This document shows, in pieces, positions 50,286-64,000 of a stretch of 64,000 nt of DNA. The notes beneath the pieces were generated by a model. It did not search any database, was not told where the DNA came from, and worked only from the letters and a program-made list of their open reading frames with translations. This DNA comes from Neodothiora populina (taxonomy: Eukaryota): contig NW_027191406.1 of assembly GCF_041146345.1 (NCBI RefSeq), forward strand, positions 62,001 through 126,000. The letters are read 5' to 3'. The translations under genes were made by a program, and so were the position numbers. How positions within the stretch are numbered: the stretch's first letter is position 1; every line of letters begins with the position of its first letter.

Positions 50286-51120
50286 ATGCCACCTACCATT
50301 TTTGTTGTGCGCCACGCCCAAGGAGAGCATAATGTCAAAGTGAGGAGAGCAGCAAGACGATTGATATACTACCATACTCATGTGTTCTTCATAGCGACGA
50401 CATCATTTGCGTGATCCCCACATTACGGAGTTAGGCAGGAAACAGTGCGATCAGTTGCAAAAGTCCTTCCCTTATCATGATGACATTTCGATTGTCATGG
50501 CCTCACCCCTTATACGAACTATTGAAACGGCATCTTTTGGATTGGGCCCAGCTCTGAGTAGACCTGATGTCCCATTCCTTCTTGTACCAACTGCACAAGA
50601 AATCGCAAATCAACCATGTGATATTGGTTATCCACCGCAAGAACTAAAACCGATGGTTCTAGATATGTTGTCGAAAGAAGATCTGAAATTTAATACGTCA
50701 AAGATCGATTTCAGCCTCGTAGAAGATGGGTGGAACTCCAAGGTATGCACCAGCTGACCCAGTCAGGCCATTTACGGACTAACCATCTAGCAGAAAGGGG
50801 TATATGAGGCCAGCTACCATGCTGTTGAGGCGAGAGCAGCGTCGTTGCGCGCATGGCTATACAAACGACCGGAGAAGAACATTGCTCTTGTTTCGCACGG
50901 AGCTTTCCTGCATTACTTTTCAGAGGATTGGACGTCGTTTGATGGTGCCAAGGGGACAGCCTATGAAAATTGCGAATTCAGAAAGTTTACTTTTAGCGAG
51001 GATTCCACGGAAGAAGAAGCCCATTTGATAGAGCATGGAGATGGGAAGATCAAGCAGGGACGACCTGACGGTGTCCATGCACATGTCTTGTCCGCGATAA
51101 AGCAAGTAGAGAAAGCATAA
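50286..51120 (+). CDS. Histidine phosphatase / phosphoglycerate mutase-like protein, 3 exons
   Basis: VVRHAQGEHN, DPHITELG, ASPLIRTIET, LVSHGAFLHY. Confidence 0.88.
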
Positions 51121-53551
51121 ACCTATTTAGTCAAGCGGTGTCGCGATTGTTGATATTTCGAGCGTTCACGGCTGGGCAATGCGTGGTTTCATAAATTTGA
51201 AGCAAATACCAATCAGGGGATTATCATCGGATATGATGACTTGTGGCTAGAACCAGGAAAGAGGGTGGCGGAATGTGATGAACGTGCGCATATCGATAGA
51301 GATTCGATGTGGTAGACTGCGATTTTTGAGCCAGACCCAGACCAAAGATTAGTTGCAAAGCTTGCCACTGCCCATTGACGCGATCTTACCAAGGTACAGT
51401 ATCTTGTATGGCGAGAATCGGAGACTTCACGTGAGTATGTGTAGATGGTGAGGGCTATCGATCGGCTCGATTAGACGTACAGAGACGAGGAATGGGCTCA
51501 TAGACATTGCTACCTTCCGGTGTTCCAGTCGCTTATTCGCACACTTCGACCATTTGAGATTCTCTGAGATTCGGGGGCCAACCGGGTCTCCGTTTTTCTT
51601 CCACAACGATCGAAGTGAAATATCATGATTCGTATGAATGCGTGGGTATGCGCCGGTACCACATGATCAAGTACGAGGAGAAGAGCCGCAGTGACGCTGC
51701 AATATCATGGATCTGTTCGGATATCATGATTTCTTGACCCAGACTTTTGGCGCTGCAGCGGTTGAGCCAATTATCGTGCTTCCGATGTCCTCGATTCTCG
51801 TCAGCGAATCCCAATGAATACATTTGCCCACTACAGTGTCTGGTAAGCTTTAACATATTTCATGAACCATTGTCGGCCGATCTCGGATGTAGTCGTAGAT
51901 GCATGGTCCAGGCCACAATACTTGTTCGTATCGAACCAAATACAGCACAAAAGCTCCATCGAAGATGACAAGTCAAAGAACGAGGCGCTGCGGCGTCCTG
52001 AAACGGATCGTTTCGGGTGACTATTGCGTCGCGTAGACCAGGAGGAAGTAGTAATACCTTGTAGTATACTTACATGAGGAAATTACTGGGACAACCGTTA
52101 AGGACTGTGTGAGTGTATGTATATGGACCATAATAATGCGCAGCATCTCGAAGCAGGAAATGTGAGCAATCGGTTAAAGTGGATTTGCCCTTGATCGTAA
52201 GTTGTAGCGGCAACAGGCGCTAAGCCTAGTACGTGCAGGTCCCCACCTGGAGTACACGCCGTCCAGATTGTGACACTTCCTCCACTAAGCTACAGCATTT
52301 TCAGTGTGACTCGCAGTAGGCAATGGGGCCATCAACTTGACAGGCAGCGTAATCGTGCTACAGTCCCCGTGTCGTTTCATATGTAGATGTCATGACCAAA
52401 ACAGTATAGTCCGATACGTGCATCCTTGTCAGGACATTGCAAATAGGCGACCTCAGCGTACCGACTGCAAGGCATCGGTGTTGCAGCCTACCAACAGGCG
52501 GGGCGCCAATGGACCGGATGTACCTCCCGCATCGTCCGGACGGCAGATCGACAAGGAGTCTCGTGTTTGACAGCAATATACGAGTATTGGCACTCAGTGA
52601 GAGCAAAGGAGTGCGGCTTCAATATGAAAAGCGCAATGCCCAAGCGATCTATCGTTGCGAGGGTGTCGCCCAAACTCCATAATCAGATCCTTAGGATAGC
52701 CGTTTATGGCTAAGTTCAGAACCGGGTCGCTCCCCGCAAGTGACCCTGCGAGTGACCTTAATGCAGCAAACTGCTTGTATTCGTCCACACGACTAAGTTG
52801 AAGCTGTGGCATGAAACCTTGAGTTACACGGAGGCCCGGCATGGCGGTTCCCAGAAGTCGAAGTTGCTTACCTCTTCTCACTACTGACACTACTGACAAA
52901 GTTCTCAGTGCTTGCAGACATTGGATGTCTCAGCACGAACTGTCGCACAGTATGGTCGCAGAAACGAGTATCTCCTGACCGTGTGGTCTATGGGCGGTCC
53001 ACTCACTGCGCGCCACTGGTTAAGATTTTTACCATCAAGTGCGATCGCTGCCACTTTGACACAAGTATAATTGAGTTGACTTGATAAAATTACCTTTCTG
53101 GGACGGAGATGCATGCACTATGCAACAAAACCATAATATCCGTATCTCGCAAACGGACCTGGAAACACATCATACCGACAGACGTGGTCGATGGGAGAAG
53201 TACCGACTGCAATAGCACCTGCATTGTTGATCAGCCATGTCTTCCATATTGATCAAGCAATGTTAGATTCAATACCTGTCATAACCGGTCTCAATCCTGA
53301 ATGTTCTCCGACGTTTGGATTGGTATAAGTACTCCGGTATAATATTCTCGCCCACAAACCATAAGTGTACTCTGAAACACTGGCGAGTGCTTTCTGTCTC
53401 TCCTTTGCATATTGCAGCCCCATCGTACTATGCAACTAGAATTAAAAGGTCTCACGTAGGCTATTCTCGAAGTATAAGCAACAGTTCAGGTCCTTTCCCT
53501 TCACTTCACTCGAATTGACTTTATCATACCAAATCCATCAATCTGAACAAT

Positions 53552-54887
53552 ATGGAGTGGTACCCGGATGATAAGTCTTTGGCACTAGGGGACCGACCCA
53601 ACAATATCACAGTCGTTGCTGCTACTTTCGTAGCTCTTTCCTGGGTCTCGGTGTCACTCAGAGTGTACGTGCGGGCATTCATGATTCATGCCTTTGGGCC
53701 TGATGACTGGATCATGTTGCTTACCTTGGTATGACGGCCTAAGATTGAAACGTAATACACCATTCTGACTTCATCAGGGCCTATATACGGGCCTCTGCGG
53801 GTGCTATATAGCAACCGCGCTCATCGAGGGCAGCGAGGAAACGCGAGAGGCCGTGAAGCTAGGCATAATGGCCGAGTTGCCGATCATGGCAAGATTGTTA
53901 CGGGTATGTTCTTTCCTTGGCTACCGGTAAGGGGGTTAGGCCGAGCTGACACTCGAAGATTATCGCTCCTTTGATGGGCTTGTACCTATGGGTCACGATA
54001 GCTCTCAAACTTTCGCTTGCAATCTTCTTCCTCAGAGTCATAACTCAAGAGTGGCATCGAAAAGTGGTATATGTCACAACAATCTTGTACACGCTATACG
54101 GCCTTGCCTTCTCCTTCATCGCCATATTCCAATGTGGCAATCCGAATGACTTTCTTGTCAGTGAGATGGAGGGGAAATGTATCAAGATAAGTGCTTTGAA
54201 ACCCATGAACTATGCCTCTAGTTCGCTGAATGCTTTAACGGATTGGATTGTATGTGCAACTGAACTCGCGACTGTGGATCCATGCTGATTGTTCTGAAGT
54301 ACGTTTTCTTCCCACTCGCGGTCGTATGGAAAGCACGAATGCCACTTTCGTCCAAGTTGTCGGTTGGGTTTCTACTCAGCATGGGGGCGATGGGGAGTAT
54401 ATCATCTCTCATTCGCATCGCCTACATACCCGGACTAGCGCCCGGGCCTCACTTCTTCTCGAATGCTATCGACATCGCGGTTTGGTCCATAATCGAGCCT
54501 GGTTTGGGTATATGTGTAGCGTCGCTAGCAACACTGCGGCCTCTTATCAGAAGTATTGTGGAAACAACTCGCAAGTCTTTCGGAAGCAGCGAAAGAAGCG
54601 AGAGTACTGTTCGAGGCAGCAGAAGCTACAGGATCCCTGCAGCTCAAGCTTGGGCTATGAATCTTATCGAAACAGGAAGACATCGGATTCATGATCCAGA
54701 GAGCGGTGTGGTCTTCGACATGCATAAGAATACTCCAAGGAAAAAACCGAGCCAGCGCAAGGAGGTGCACCAGGACAAAGTCACACTAGTCAGCGAAGAA
54801 AATGAGGCCCTCCCATTCAAACCTACAGCACCAGCGCCAACGCATTCCTCACCAAAGGGTAGTCTAACTAGGGGCTCACAGCACTGA
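53552..54887 (+). CDS. PTH11-like (fungal rhodopsin-domain) integral membrane protein without CFEM, 4 exons
   Basis: VSLRVYVR...FGPDDW, KLSLAIFFLR, AIFQCGNP, LTDWI, WSIIEPGLGICVASLATLRPL. Confidence 0.88.
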
Positions 54888-55379
54888 GATCACGCTCGCA
54901 GTCGAAACCAGTACCGGTAACAGTAGGTTCTGGCAATAGATAGGGTTACAATCTCCATACTGCAAAAGGTAGCCCTTTTAGTTGTCTCGATAATACAAGA
55001 TAGAATTGTTCCCGAAGTCCACACAGTAATTACAGTACTGTACAGTGCCAGTCGTAGTGAATGATTGCAGGATTGGGAGACCTTAGTCAGCAACTAAAGC
55101 TGGGACGGTTGCGACATACACTACGCCTCGATAGGAAGGTGACCAACAACGCAAATGACGATGCGTGTCTCGTAGGGCGTACGGTAATTGTCCGCGCCCT
55201 ACGAGTCACTACGCGAAGCTCCGTGCGACGAGCTGGCAATATGATAAACAGACCTTTGGCCATGTAATAGGGGATAGGAGAGATATAAAAGATGGCCTCC
55301 TACCGCGATGATACATGAAGCGAGTCTATAATTGATATGGTTGAAGTATACGAGAATTGAAGTATTTGCAATATCAGCC

Positions 55380-56081
55380 ATGAGTCGTAAAGCCAAGTAT
55401 CCCGAGGGCGCGCAACTGGTACCAATAGACATACATGCGTCGGAGGAGTGGGACATGCTCTATCGCCAGAGAGTAACATGCGGATGGAACAAAGAGAAGA
55501 TCCAGCCATGGCGAGCATCCATGGCAAGGGGAGAGCGGGTGCTATTCTGGATCACGATCCCGGCCAGCGACCGTACGATTGGTCTGGAGTCATTGCATAA
55601 AGAATTAGAAGTCGTTACTTATCCTGTCGGGCATGTTGCATTATGCAAAATCGACATTCCGGAAAATGATGAAGGACCAGATCTGAGCCTCGCTTCTGGC
55701 GATGGCAATATTATTCATATAACCACTCTCTTCGTCCTACCACAAGTCAGCGATCTGGGACTTGGAAACTTTGCTATGGATGAATGCGAGCGATTGGCGC
55801 GAGTTGAGCCATACGGGAGTCGTCACTGTAGCACTGTCACTCTTACATGTATATCTAGCCGCTACCACAACAAGGAGGACGATGGTCCAGATGGTTCAGG
55901 GCGGTGGGCCCTGCTCGGCATGGATATACCTAAGCGCGACCATTCGTCCTGGTACAAGCGGCGAGGCTACTTGGGATACAATGAGGAACTAAAGCATTTC
56001 ACTGAGCTAAAGGACGGGTCGAAACTTGGGTGGTATGCACAGTGTATGCGGAAAGAGCTCGATAGCACTGAATCGTTATGA
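55380..56081 (+). CDS. GNAT-family N-acetyltransferase-like protein
   Basis: QRVTCGW, PVGHVAL, ITTLFVLP...LGLGNFAMDECE, WYKRRGY. Confidence 0.7.
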   Translation: MSRKAKYPEGAQLVPIDIHASEEWDMLYRQRVTCGWNKEKIQPWRASMARGERVLFWITIPASDRTIGLESLHKELEVVTYPVGHVALCKIDIPENDEGPDLSLASGDGNIIHITTLFVLPQVSDLGLGNFAMDECERLARVEPYGSRHCSTVTLTCISSRYHNKEDDGPDGSGRWALLGMDIPKRDHSSWYKRRGYLGYNEELKHFTELKDGSKLGWYAQCMRKELDSTESL

Positions 56082-58745
56082 GCATGGCCGGATTGTTCGG
56101 TTGAACATGTCCGTTCGCTGCTCTCTGTGCTCCCCTCAAGTCTATGAACGCTATACTTTGAGAAGTAATGAGATCATAGGCCTTTACGTGAGCCTGATAC
56201 TGTCATGGCGGGGTGGACTTTAGACTTAGGTTCAGATGGTGTTCATATATCTGTACAGACTGAGATTGCTATTGATACGGATAAAGTGGCCTGGATGGGA
56301 AAGTCTGCAAATACTCACATTGCAAAAAGCGGGTTATGATGCACATGTATATAGAGTTGCCAATTCAAGCTTTTCGCCTCATTGCCCAGATCCACTATAT
56401 GTTATGTTCAGGCGACTGTAATCTGCTCTTGGTTCTCGAACACAGCTCCGTGCAGATTCGTATCTGACATTGGCAGTACATTTGGCACCTCGTCAACATG
56501 CGCAGTCACGTCCAAGATCGGGTTACTGCTGCGAGGATGAGCCTGGAGGTTATACTTCTTCAATCGAAAGCTCTTGTGAGAGCAAATTTTGGAAAACATG
56601 TACACCACGGAACGATAGCCATGCCTTAGTCCTTGCACGTGGAGATTATATCACGTCCTAGGTCTCCAAAGTAGCGTTGCAGAGGCCTTGATATACAGAT
56701 AAGGGAAGCATGCCACTCGTTTGGGTATCTGTATCAAGCAGAAATGAGCGTATGCCAGATTGCGCTCGAAGAAATCACATTTGCTAGTCATGAGCCTTGC
56801 GAATATCCAAGCTGGCGTGTCGCAGATACCAAGGTACGGTACCTGTCGTGCAGTCTTCCTTTTTTGAGCATGTATTAGAAGTGAGCCTGAAGCAATCAAT
56901 GTAATCAGTCCGCATTTCGTCAGGATTTGATCGACTGATACACGCAGGCTCTTGACTGAGTTGCCAATGAGATCGAACTGAATAGCCCAGAAATGAGTTA
57001 TTGAAGCCGATAATGTACTTAGTAGCCAGGCTGATCACATGGGTGAGTGTGAGCATTAGACGAATCACCGACCACCGCACTCACACTATCTGGTCCTGGT
57101 TTCCCCAACTCTGCATCCATTCGCCGACACGACATTTGAGACACCTCAGCTTGAAAGCTGACGGTACCATGGTAGCGACCAGCGATAGGCCGACAAGACT
57201 GATGAGGACTCCACGAATGTGAGAAAAGCGCAAAGTGTCGATACTGGAATTGCTCGAGAAATGCGTAACCACCCACAAGTCACATCTCCATTCCCCACCC
57301 CCTTCATAGGTCGCTGGCAGTAAATATTGGCACACCCGACTATGGCAGCGGCTGGGGCAGCGGTTGCTATCACTTCATTTCAGCTCTTGGCTCACTGCGC
57401 CCAATCTGTACGCTTTCGATGCATACAAGCACAATATAGCAATACGGGCCTCGAGTGAGATCCGGAGGGCACGACTCTGAGCACTTCGATAGGCAATGAT
57501 CAGTGTGCTGTTGTGCTGCGGCTACTTGTATACTCGGCCTGATGCCCATCCGACCGAGGTACATCAGGCATGAGACCTTTGACTGGAGGGATTGACCCAC
57601 TTGTATGTTGAATTTAGAGGGTGGAGATTTGAAACTTTCAGGGTTCTAACCGCGCAACTGATTATCAATTGCTCAAACACAAAGGTACATACACGTTATA
57701 TATCGCGAGTTCGTGATATCGAAGGAAATTACGCGACAACATGCATAATGTTGCTCCGCAAACACGGCTGTTCCTTATACCTTGGGGCCGAAAAAGAAGT
57801 CTGTCTCATATATATTGCAGTACATGTTGCTCGCCACAGATTATCGGTGGGAAAGCTCATACCAGACCAACGAGAGTCGCGAACTGCTGGGTTTCTCTGC
57901 AAGGCCAACCACTGTTTTCATGCGCATTTGCCTGCCGGAGCACATCTCATCTAGTGACTGCGTCTGGTTGCTATCTTAGCGGCCGCTTCGCTGGAGATCT
58001 ATAAGACCTTCAACCTATCTAGTCGTTCTGGCTATGGGCGGATTCGGTCGTCAGGCTGACTTCTTGCATATACATATTCACGTAGGTGACGAAGGTGACG
58101 TGGACAGACAGGCGACCATTAAGTTACTAATGTTCCATAATCGTCGGTATAACACGAATATTATTAGTTTCGGTGCTAATGTATAGACGACGCGCAAAAC
58201 AACACAGCACGTTACCGAACCTCAACATTTCATATGATTGAAACTTGGATGCTCACGGTCGAGTTCTGCTTCTTTAGACCTCTACTGTGTTACTGGAAAT
58301 TCGTCATCCGCAAGCTTTATCAGACCTTGTCGGTCGCATGAAGCACTCAGTCACATAAAGTGTCCGGCAGATCAATATAGCATCTTCCGAACAAATGAAC
58401 TATCCATTATCCTCTAGCCTGATTAATACCGGGTTCCCAACTCTGCGGTAGCTACTGTGCGATGTAACACAATGTGTTAACATGCATCACTGTGCGACCA
58501 TAACATGATCGAGCTATAGCTCTCAGGACGGATTGACGCCTGGTTATTCCCTTTCGAGAAGAGGAGGTCGAGGTAGTCAAACAACAGCTGCAAGGATGCT
58601 GGGTCAAGCACTCTGCCCAAAGCATCGCTGCGATCCCAGGGTCATTCAGTGGGGTGGGGCATGTCATCGGAGAAGCACTTATATAGAGCTACTGTCTCCT
58701 CAATGACGTCCCAGCACGCAACAACGCTGCTTTAACAAAATCAAA

Positions 58746-60511
58746 ATGCAGAGCTTCTCTTTCGTTGATGACGCTCAGTCCTCGAGGCTGGGCGTCCACA
58801 TGCTGGGTATCGTGGAGGGAGCTATTCTACTCGTGTGTGCTGTCCTGCTCCTTTCTCTGATGATGCTAACACCGTCAAGTCATTGCTATGCTATGGATTG
58901 AGCGCAATTTATAGTGTTTATTTCCATCCGCTATCTCACATTCCCGGCCCGTGGTACATGGCGGCATCTCGTATACCATACATCATTGCTACAATCAAAG
59001 GATCGACGCCTACCTTCATGTCAGACCTACACGAAAGTTATGGAGATGTCGTAAGATATACCCCCAACGAGGTATCTTTCATCTCGGGTGAGACTGCATG
59101 GGCAGACATCTATGGTTTCCGGACAGGCAGAAATAAAGGCACCGGCAGTTTCGAGAAAGACCGCGTATGGTACGCACCAAGTGTCGATGATGTCGACAGT
59201 ATGGTTCGGGCACATGGAGCGCATCATGGCCGTCAGCGACGAATCCTGTCGCACGCATTTTCTACGCAAGCCCTGAAGCAGCAGGAAGGGTTGGTAATGC
59301 AGTATGTCGACTTACTTGTCAGCCGATTGAAGGAGGTTACATCGAGGTCTGATGCTGCGGTTGACATGAGCAAGTGGTACAACTGGACCACCTTTGACAT
59401 TATAAGTGATCTCACATTCGGAAAGTCACTCGGATGCCTCGCGGATCTAGCCACTCACCCTTACGTCGATTTAATAATGAACTTCATCAAGGCTTTCGGA
59501 ATGTACTATGTTCAGTCATACTGGCCGTGGGTAAACTATCTCGGATCCTTCGTTGTCGATCCCTCTATAGCCGCAAAGGGCAAGGAAGCGGATGATTGGT
59601 TCAGGTCACAGACACACAAGAGGTTAGCCGACCAGACCAGGCGTCCTGACTTCATGCACATGATACTTGCACATCGCTACGACTATGGCCAAGGAGAGGG
59701 AATTTCTGATGGAGAGATTGTCTCCAATGCAGCTAATCTTCTAGCTGCTGGCACAGATACCACATCGATCGTTCTTTCTACTGCGACGTTCATGATGCTG
59801 ACGCGCCCAGAAGAATCGAGTAAGCTGAAGGCGGAAGTAAGAGAGAGGTTCACGTCCTCTGACGAGATCACCGTCGATGCTGCCAGTCAACTTCCCTATT
59901 TGAATGCATTTATTACCGAAGCCATGAGGCACAAACCTCCAGTCCCCGCTGGCTTTGTGCGAAAGGTGCCTCTCGGAGGAGCAGAAATCAGTGGCTATCA
60001 TATTCCTGGAAACTGTGATGTAGGGATCGCCCTGTTCATCATCAACTATTCAGCGCTAATCAAGTGGCTGACATACATTCATCAGGCGTCAGTTTCTGTG
60101 TCCCAATACGCCGCATATCACTCTGCCCGCAACTTCGCCCTTCCCAATAGCTTCATTCCGGAACGCTGGATTGAAGGTGCAGATTCTCGGTTTGCATCAG
60201 ACAACAAAGCAACATTCCAGCCGTTCAGCTTTGGTCCTCGGAAGTAAGCAACCTATCCACTTCGCTTCTTATATATTTACAAAGACACGATTTCTGACTT
60301 TTGCACTACCAGCTGCATTGGTAAAAACCTAGCATGGATGGAAATGCGTATGCTATTGGCCAAAATGGTTGTTAACTTCGATTTCGAAATGGATGAAAGA
60401 AGCAAAAGTTGGGATACTGACATGCCGGTTCTGGCACTTTGGCAGAGACCAGAGCTCTTTGTCAAGGTTAAAGAAGTCAAGCGGGCGAGTGGATCTACTT
60501 TACCACTGTAG
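58746..60511 (+). CDS. Cytochrome P450 (CYP65/Tri11-like), 4 exons
   Basis: FHPLSHIPGP, AGTDTT (I-helix), EAMR (ExxR), FIPERW, and the heme motif FSFGPRN|CIG split by an intron. Confidence 0.93.
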
Positions 60512-62076
60512 TCAGGCAATGAAATTGATGACCGGCTATGTCAGCAAGTTTCAGATCGATGCTTTCCGACCGAATGAAGTCTCCACACTACCAAAATACA
60601 TCATCAAGTGATCCCTGACTCGTGGAATAGTTCGGCTTTACTTGACAGTGAGAAATGAGATGATACGAACGCTGTCCGAGTCAAGGGCTGCCTCTTCTCC
60701 GATTTTCGAGTCAGACATAGAAGTTCTTTAAATATTCTATCGGCAAAAGCTTAGGCGAATTGCAAGCACGGACAATGGGATGAAACGCCGCACCAGGAAT
60801 GACCAGGATAAAAGTCTAGAGCCGGCTCAGCCAGCCCTCTTTTCAATGCCGACAACGGAACCTGTCTTACTTTGGCTGCACATGGAAAGTCTTTTCTTAC
60901 TGGAGTCCACACAGGCAAAGATGACCATTGAGTAATGATGTCTTTGGTGAGCAAGTGCAGCCGCAGCCACTCAAACCTCGCAATAGATCTCCCGGATACC
61001 GTAAAGTCTATACAGCGGCATGGCCGCTCTCAGAGATTATTGTTTGGCGCTGCACAAGCGTATGGTGAACCTACAATGGCAAGAGCTTACGTATATTTGA
61101 GCCACCAGGTATGCATACTTGAACCCGCTTTGGCTCTGCTAGAATATGGGCACGCAAGCACGCTAATTGATCGACGAGCATATCTAGATCGTATAGATTA
61201 ATGGAAAACCTTCGACGCTGGATCGACAACTGTGCTTTGGAACTAACGTAGATAGCCCCTCAGGATACTTCGATGAACCAAAAGCGATGCCTTTCTTTCT
61301 CGAAAAAACGTTGCCCACATATCGTGCACCTTTACTGGTTTATCTGACAACGTGAACCTCGGCCGGCAATTGCAGGGCACATGGGCCATAAGGTGGCGGC
61401 AAAGATCGGGACTAAAGCGGGATACCGCAACCTAAGTTTCGCTTCCACGAGCCTCACGTTTCAATGCACGGAACTCGACTTGACGGCAGTCAGTCTCGCC
61501 TCGCCAGGAACCAAAAGCTCGGGCTCGGAGCCGGCCATGTGGAAGTGAATGTCGATTTCCCGTACCTTAGATTTGGGACCACAAAACCGTATGCCGTCCG
61601 ATGGGCCTTCCTCGAGATACGATTGGCAGCCACGTGGGTTTGTGGATCGATGGCGTCGACATAGTACAGCTGTAAATGTTAAGCGACTGTTTCTTGAGGT
61701 TGGTGCTGCAACGGAGTCAGAGAAGAATGGCCTTTTTTTTCTCCATCTCCCGATGAATACTTGCCTTTGTCCACTTTCGGTCATTGTAGACCAGCCTATC
61801 CCCCGATGAATTGCAGAATCGTTGAGTGAAGTAGTCTTCTCCGACTAGACAGACACCACCACAGTTCCAACACGGAGAAACCATCTAGACACACTCGACA
61901 ACGACACAGGCAAATAGTCCGACGACCAGGTGATGCCAGACACCTGACCGTATTCAAAAGTCAAGTTCTCGAAATAATACCACTGTCTTTCATTTTCTTT
62001 TCATTTGATATACGATAACGACCATTTCTTTCCTTTGTCTTGTTCTCTGCACATACGGATCGGCCAGCAAGTAATC

Positions 62077-63702
62077 ATGTCGTCTCCAACTCCAACTATA
62101 GAGCAGCTCAAGTCCGTACCCATGGCCATTTCGGCCTCGGTCTTTCTCATCGCATCGTGGATAGTGGTTGCACTACGCATATATGTGCGAGCGTATATGA
62201 TTCGTTCGTTTGGATGGGACGATTGGCTCATGGTGGTGACTCAAGTCAGTATTATCGATATTTTTCATGCTCGTGAGGAAGAGCGTAAAAGTGAGCTAAC
62301 ATGACTTGGTAGCTCTTATTCACTATAATGTGTGCTCTGATATTGGTGATTTGCTCGACGGAAATCAACTATGGAATCACCGGAGAAGCAGCAACTGTGA
62401 TTGCGACTGTGAGTCTTCTTCATGTCACTGAATCGCAAAAAAGTGCAAGAAAAGGACTGACAAAGCAAACAATAGTCCATGGTCACCATCTTCGGAATCT
62501 ACATTATAACGACGCTATTCCTGAAACTAACCCTCTGCCTCTTCTTCCTCCGCGTCCTCCACACCCGTCAACAGCGGACCCTCATAATCATCACGGCGGC
62601 CATCTCAGTCCTCATCTCGCTAGTCTGGTTCTTCATCGCCATCTTCCAATGCGGCAACCCATCACTCTATCTCGTCCATCAACTGGAACACAAATGCCTC
62701 GACTTTGGCACCGTCCTCGCACCAATGAACTACATCCACGGCATTGCAAACGCCATCTCGGACTGGATCTTCGCCATCGTGCCCATCCTCGTCGTCCTCC
62801 GCACCCAGATGACACCCCGCGCCCGCGCCTCGGTCATCGCCATCCTGGCTCTAGGCGCAGCAGGCAGCATCTGCAGTGTGATCCGTCTAGCATACGTGCA
62901 CGTACTACACGTGCGCGTGGACCAACTCTTCACCGCAGCGCCAATGTACGCCATCGTGTCTCTGATCGAGCTGGGCTTCGGCATCGTAGCAGCGTGTCTC
63001 GCAACACTGCGCCCGCTGTTTGGACAATGGATCGAGAAAGCCTCGACGTACGTCGGTGGCATGTCATCAGGCGCGGGGCGCAGAAGCCGCAAAGCAGCAG
63101 CAGGCACATCGACATCTCGCACCGGCGGAGGAAACGGCACCAGAGCCTCAGACCACGGCATCGTCATGGAGCGCACGATCCGCGTAGGCTACGAGTCGGA
63201 GCAAGGCAAAGAACTCAAGACCCTGCCCTCGTCATCAGTGCACGGCATCGGATTCATCAGAACCTCCAACGAAGACGCAACGCCGCCGCCGACGCCGACG
63301 ACGCAGAAACCTGCCATGATGCAATCCGCTCGCACGACGAGGTCGTATACTACGCAGAAGGAGACATGGGATCCGACGCGCGACGCGGAGAAGGAGTTTG
63401 TCGTTTCTATCCATGGCTTCGTTGCGGCTGTCAATCGTGATGGGTCGACGACGCCGGCTGCGAGGGGTCATGCTAGTCCCACTGCGGCGCGATTCCACTC
63501 ACATGTACATTCACATTCGCATTCAAATTCGCGGTCGTTGCGTTCAGATGATGTGACGGCGAGGGCCCTGGTCGAGTCGGATAGCAGTGATGTCGGGAGT
63601 CGGAGACAGAGTGGTAGCCAGAGAGGGTCCGCGAGGGATCGGTCGAGGACGGGGAGTACGTCCAGCGGAGACTCTCTGCTAATTGTTCAGGAGCATGTAT
63701 AG
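62077..63702 (+). CDS. Second PTH11-like rhodopsin-domain membrane protein, 3 exons
   Basis: VALRIYVR...FGWDDW, KLTLCLFFLR, AIFQCGNP, ISDWI, SLIELGFGIVAACLATLRPL. Confidence 0.88.
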
Positions 63703-64000
63703 AGTAAAAAGCTGTACAGTGGAGGATGTACGAAAGCGAAACATTTTTTCTCATTTCGGTTCGGTTTTTTCCTTAGAATGATACACAGAAATCGTCTACC
63801 ATACTATTACAGGATAAATTGTCCATCTTTCCATATCGACAAAGAAAAGACGCGCGTATATAGGGATAAGGCTCTTGCCAAATCGACAAAGAGCACAATC
63901 AACAAACAAGCTTATAAGCCCGCTTATACCACGGCCAAGCAGCCTGCTGCGCCCGTTCTTCGGCCAAAATCTCCGAGAGATCTAAATCACGTCGTCCGCT

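Noticed and set aside
62328..63440. 370-aa His/Arg/Pro-rich ORF
   Set aside because: Alternate frame of the PTH11-like gene's last exon

Overview
Intron-containing filamentous ascomycete (Pezizomycotina, probably Dothideomycete-like) DNA with about 22 protein-coding genes. The left and centre are mostly housekeeping or conserved genes: xylose reductase, Sec61-beta, an F-box protein, an MHYT-sensor hybrid histidine kinase, ILV3, TRM732/THADA and TIM23. The right part is accessory-type: MDR enoyl reductase, NmrA-like reductase, 2OG-Fe(II) dioxygenase, MFS transporter, OSBP, histidine phosphatase, two PTH11-like receptors, a GNAT and a P450. One canonical intron-containing tRNA-Val(CAC) is present. 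The most unusual signals are non-coding. (1) At 32.4-32.8 kb there is a tandem pair of tRNA-shaped Pol III-type units (A box, B box, upstream TATA, T-tract) with degenerate acceptor/T stems and 80-100 nt structured inserts, preceded by a duplicated hairpin. (2) At 17.57-17.92 kb there is a ~350-nt highly structured, T7-terminated candidate RNA next to the tRNA-Val. ILV3 also has a one-base homopolymer frameshift, and the NmrA-like gene has a GC-AG intron. Exon boundaries and RNA pairings were read by eye; no searches or folding programs were run.
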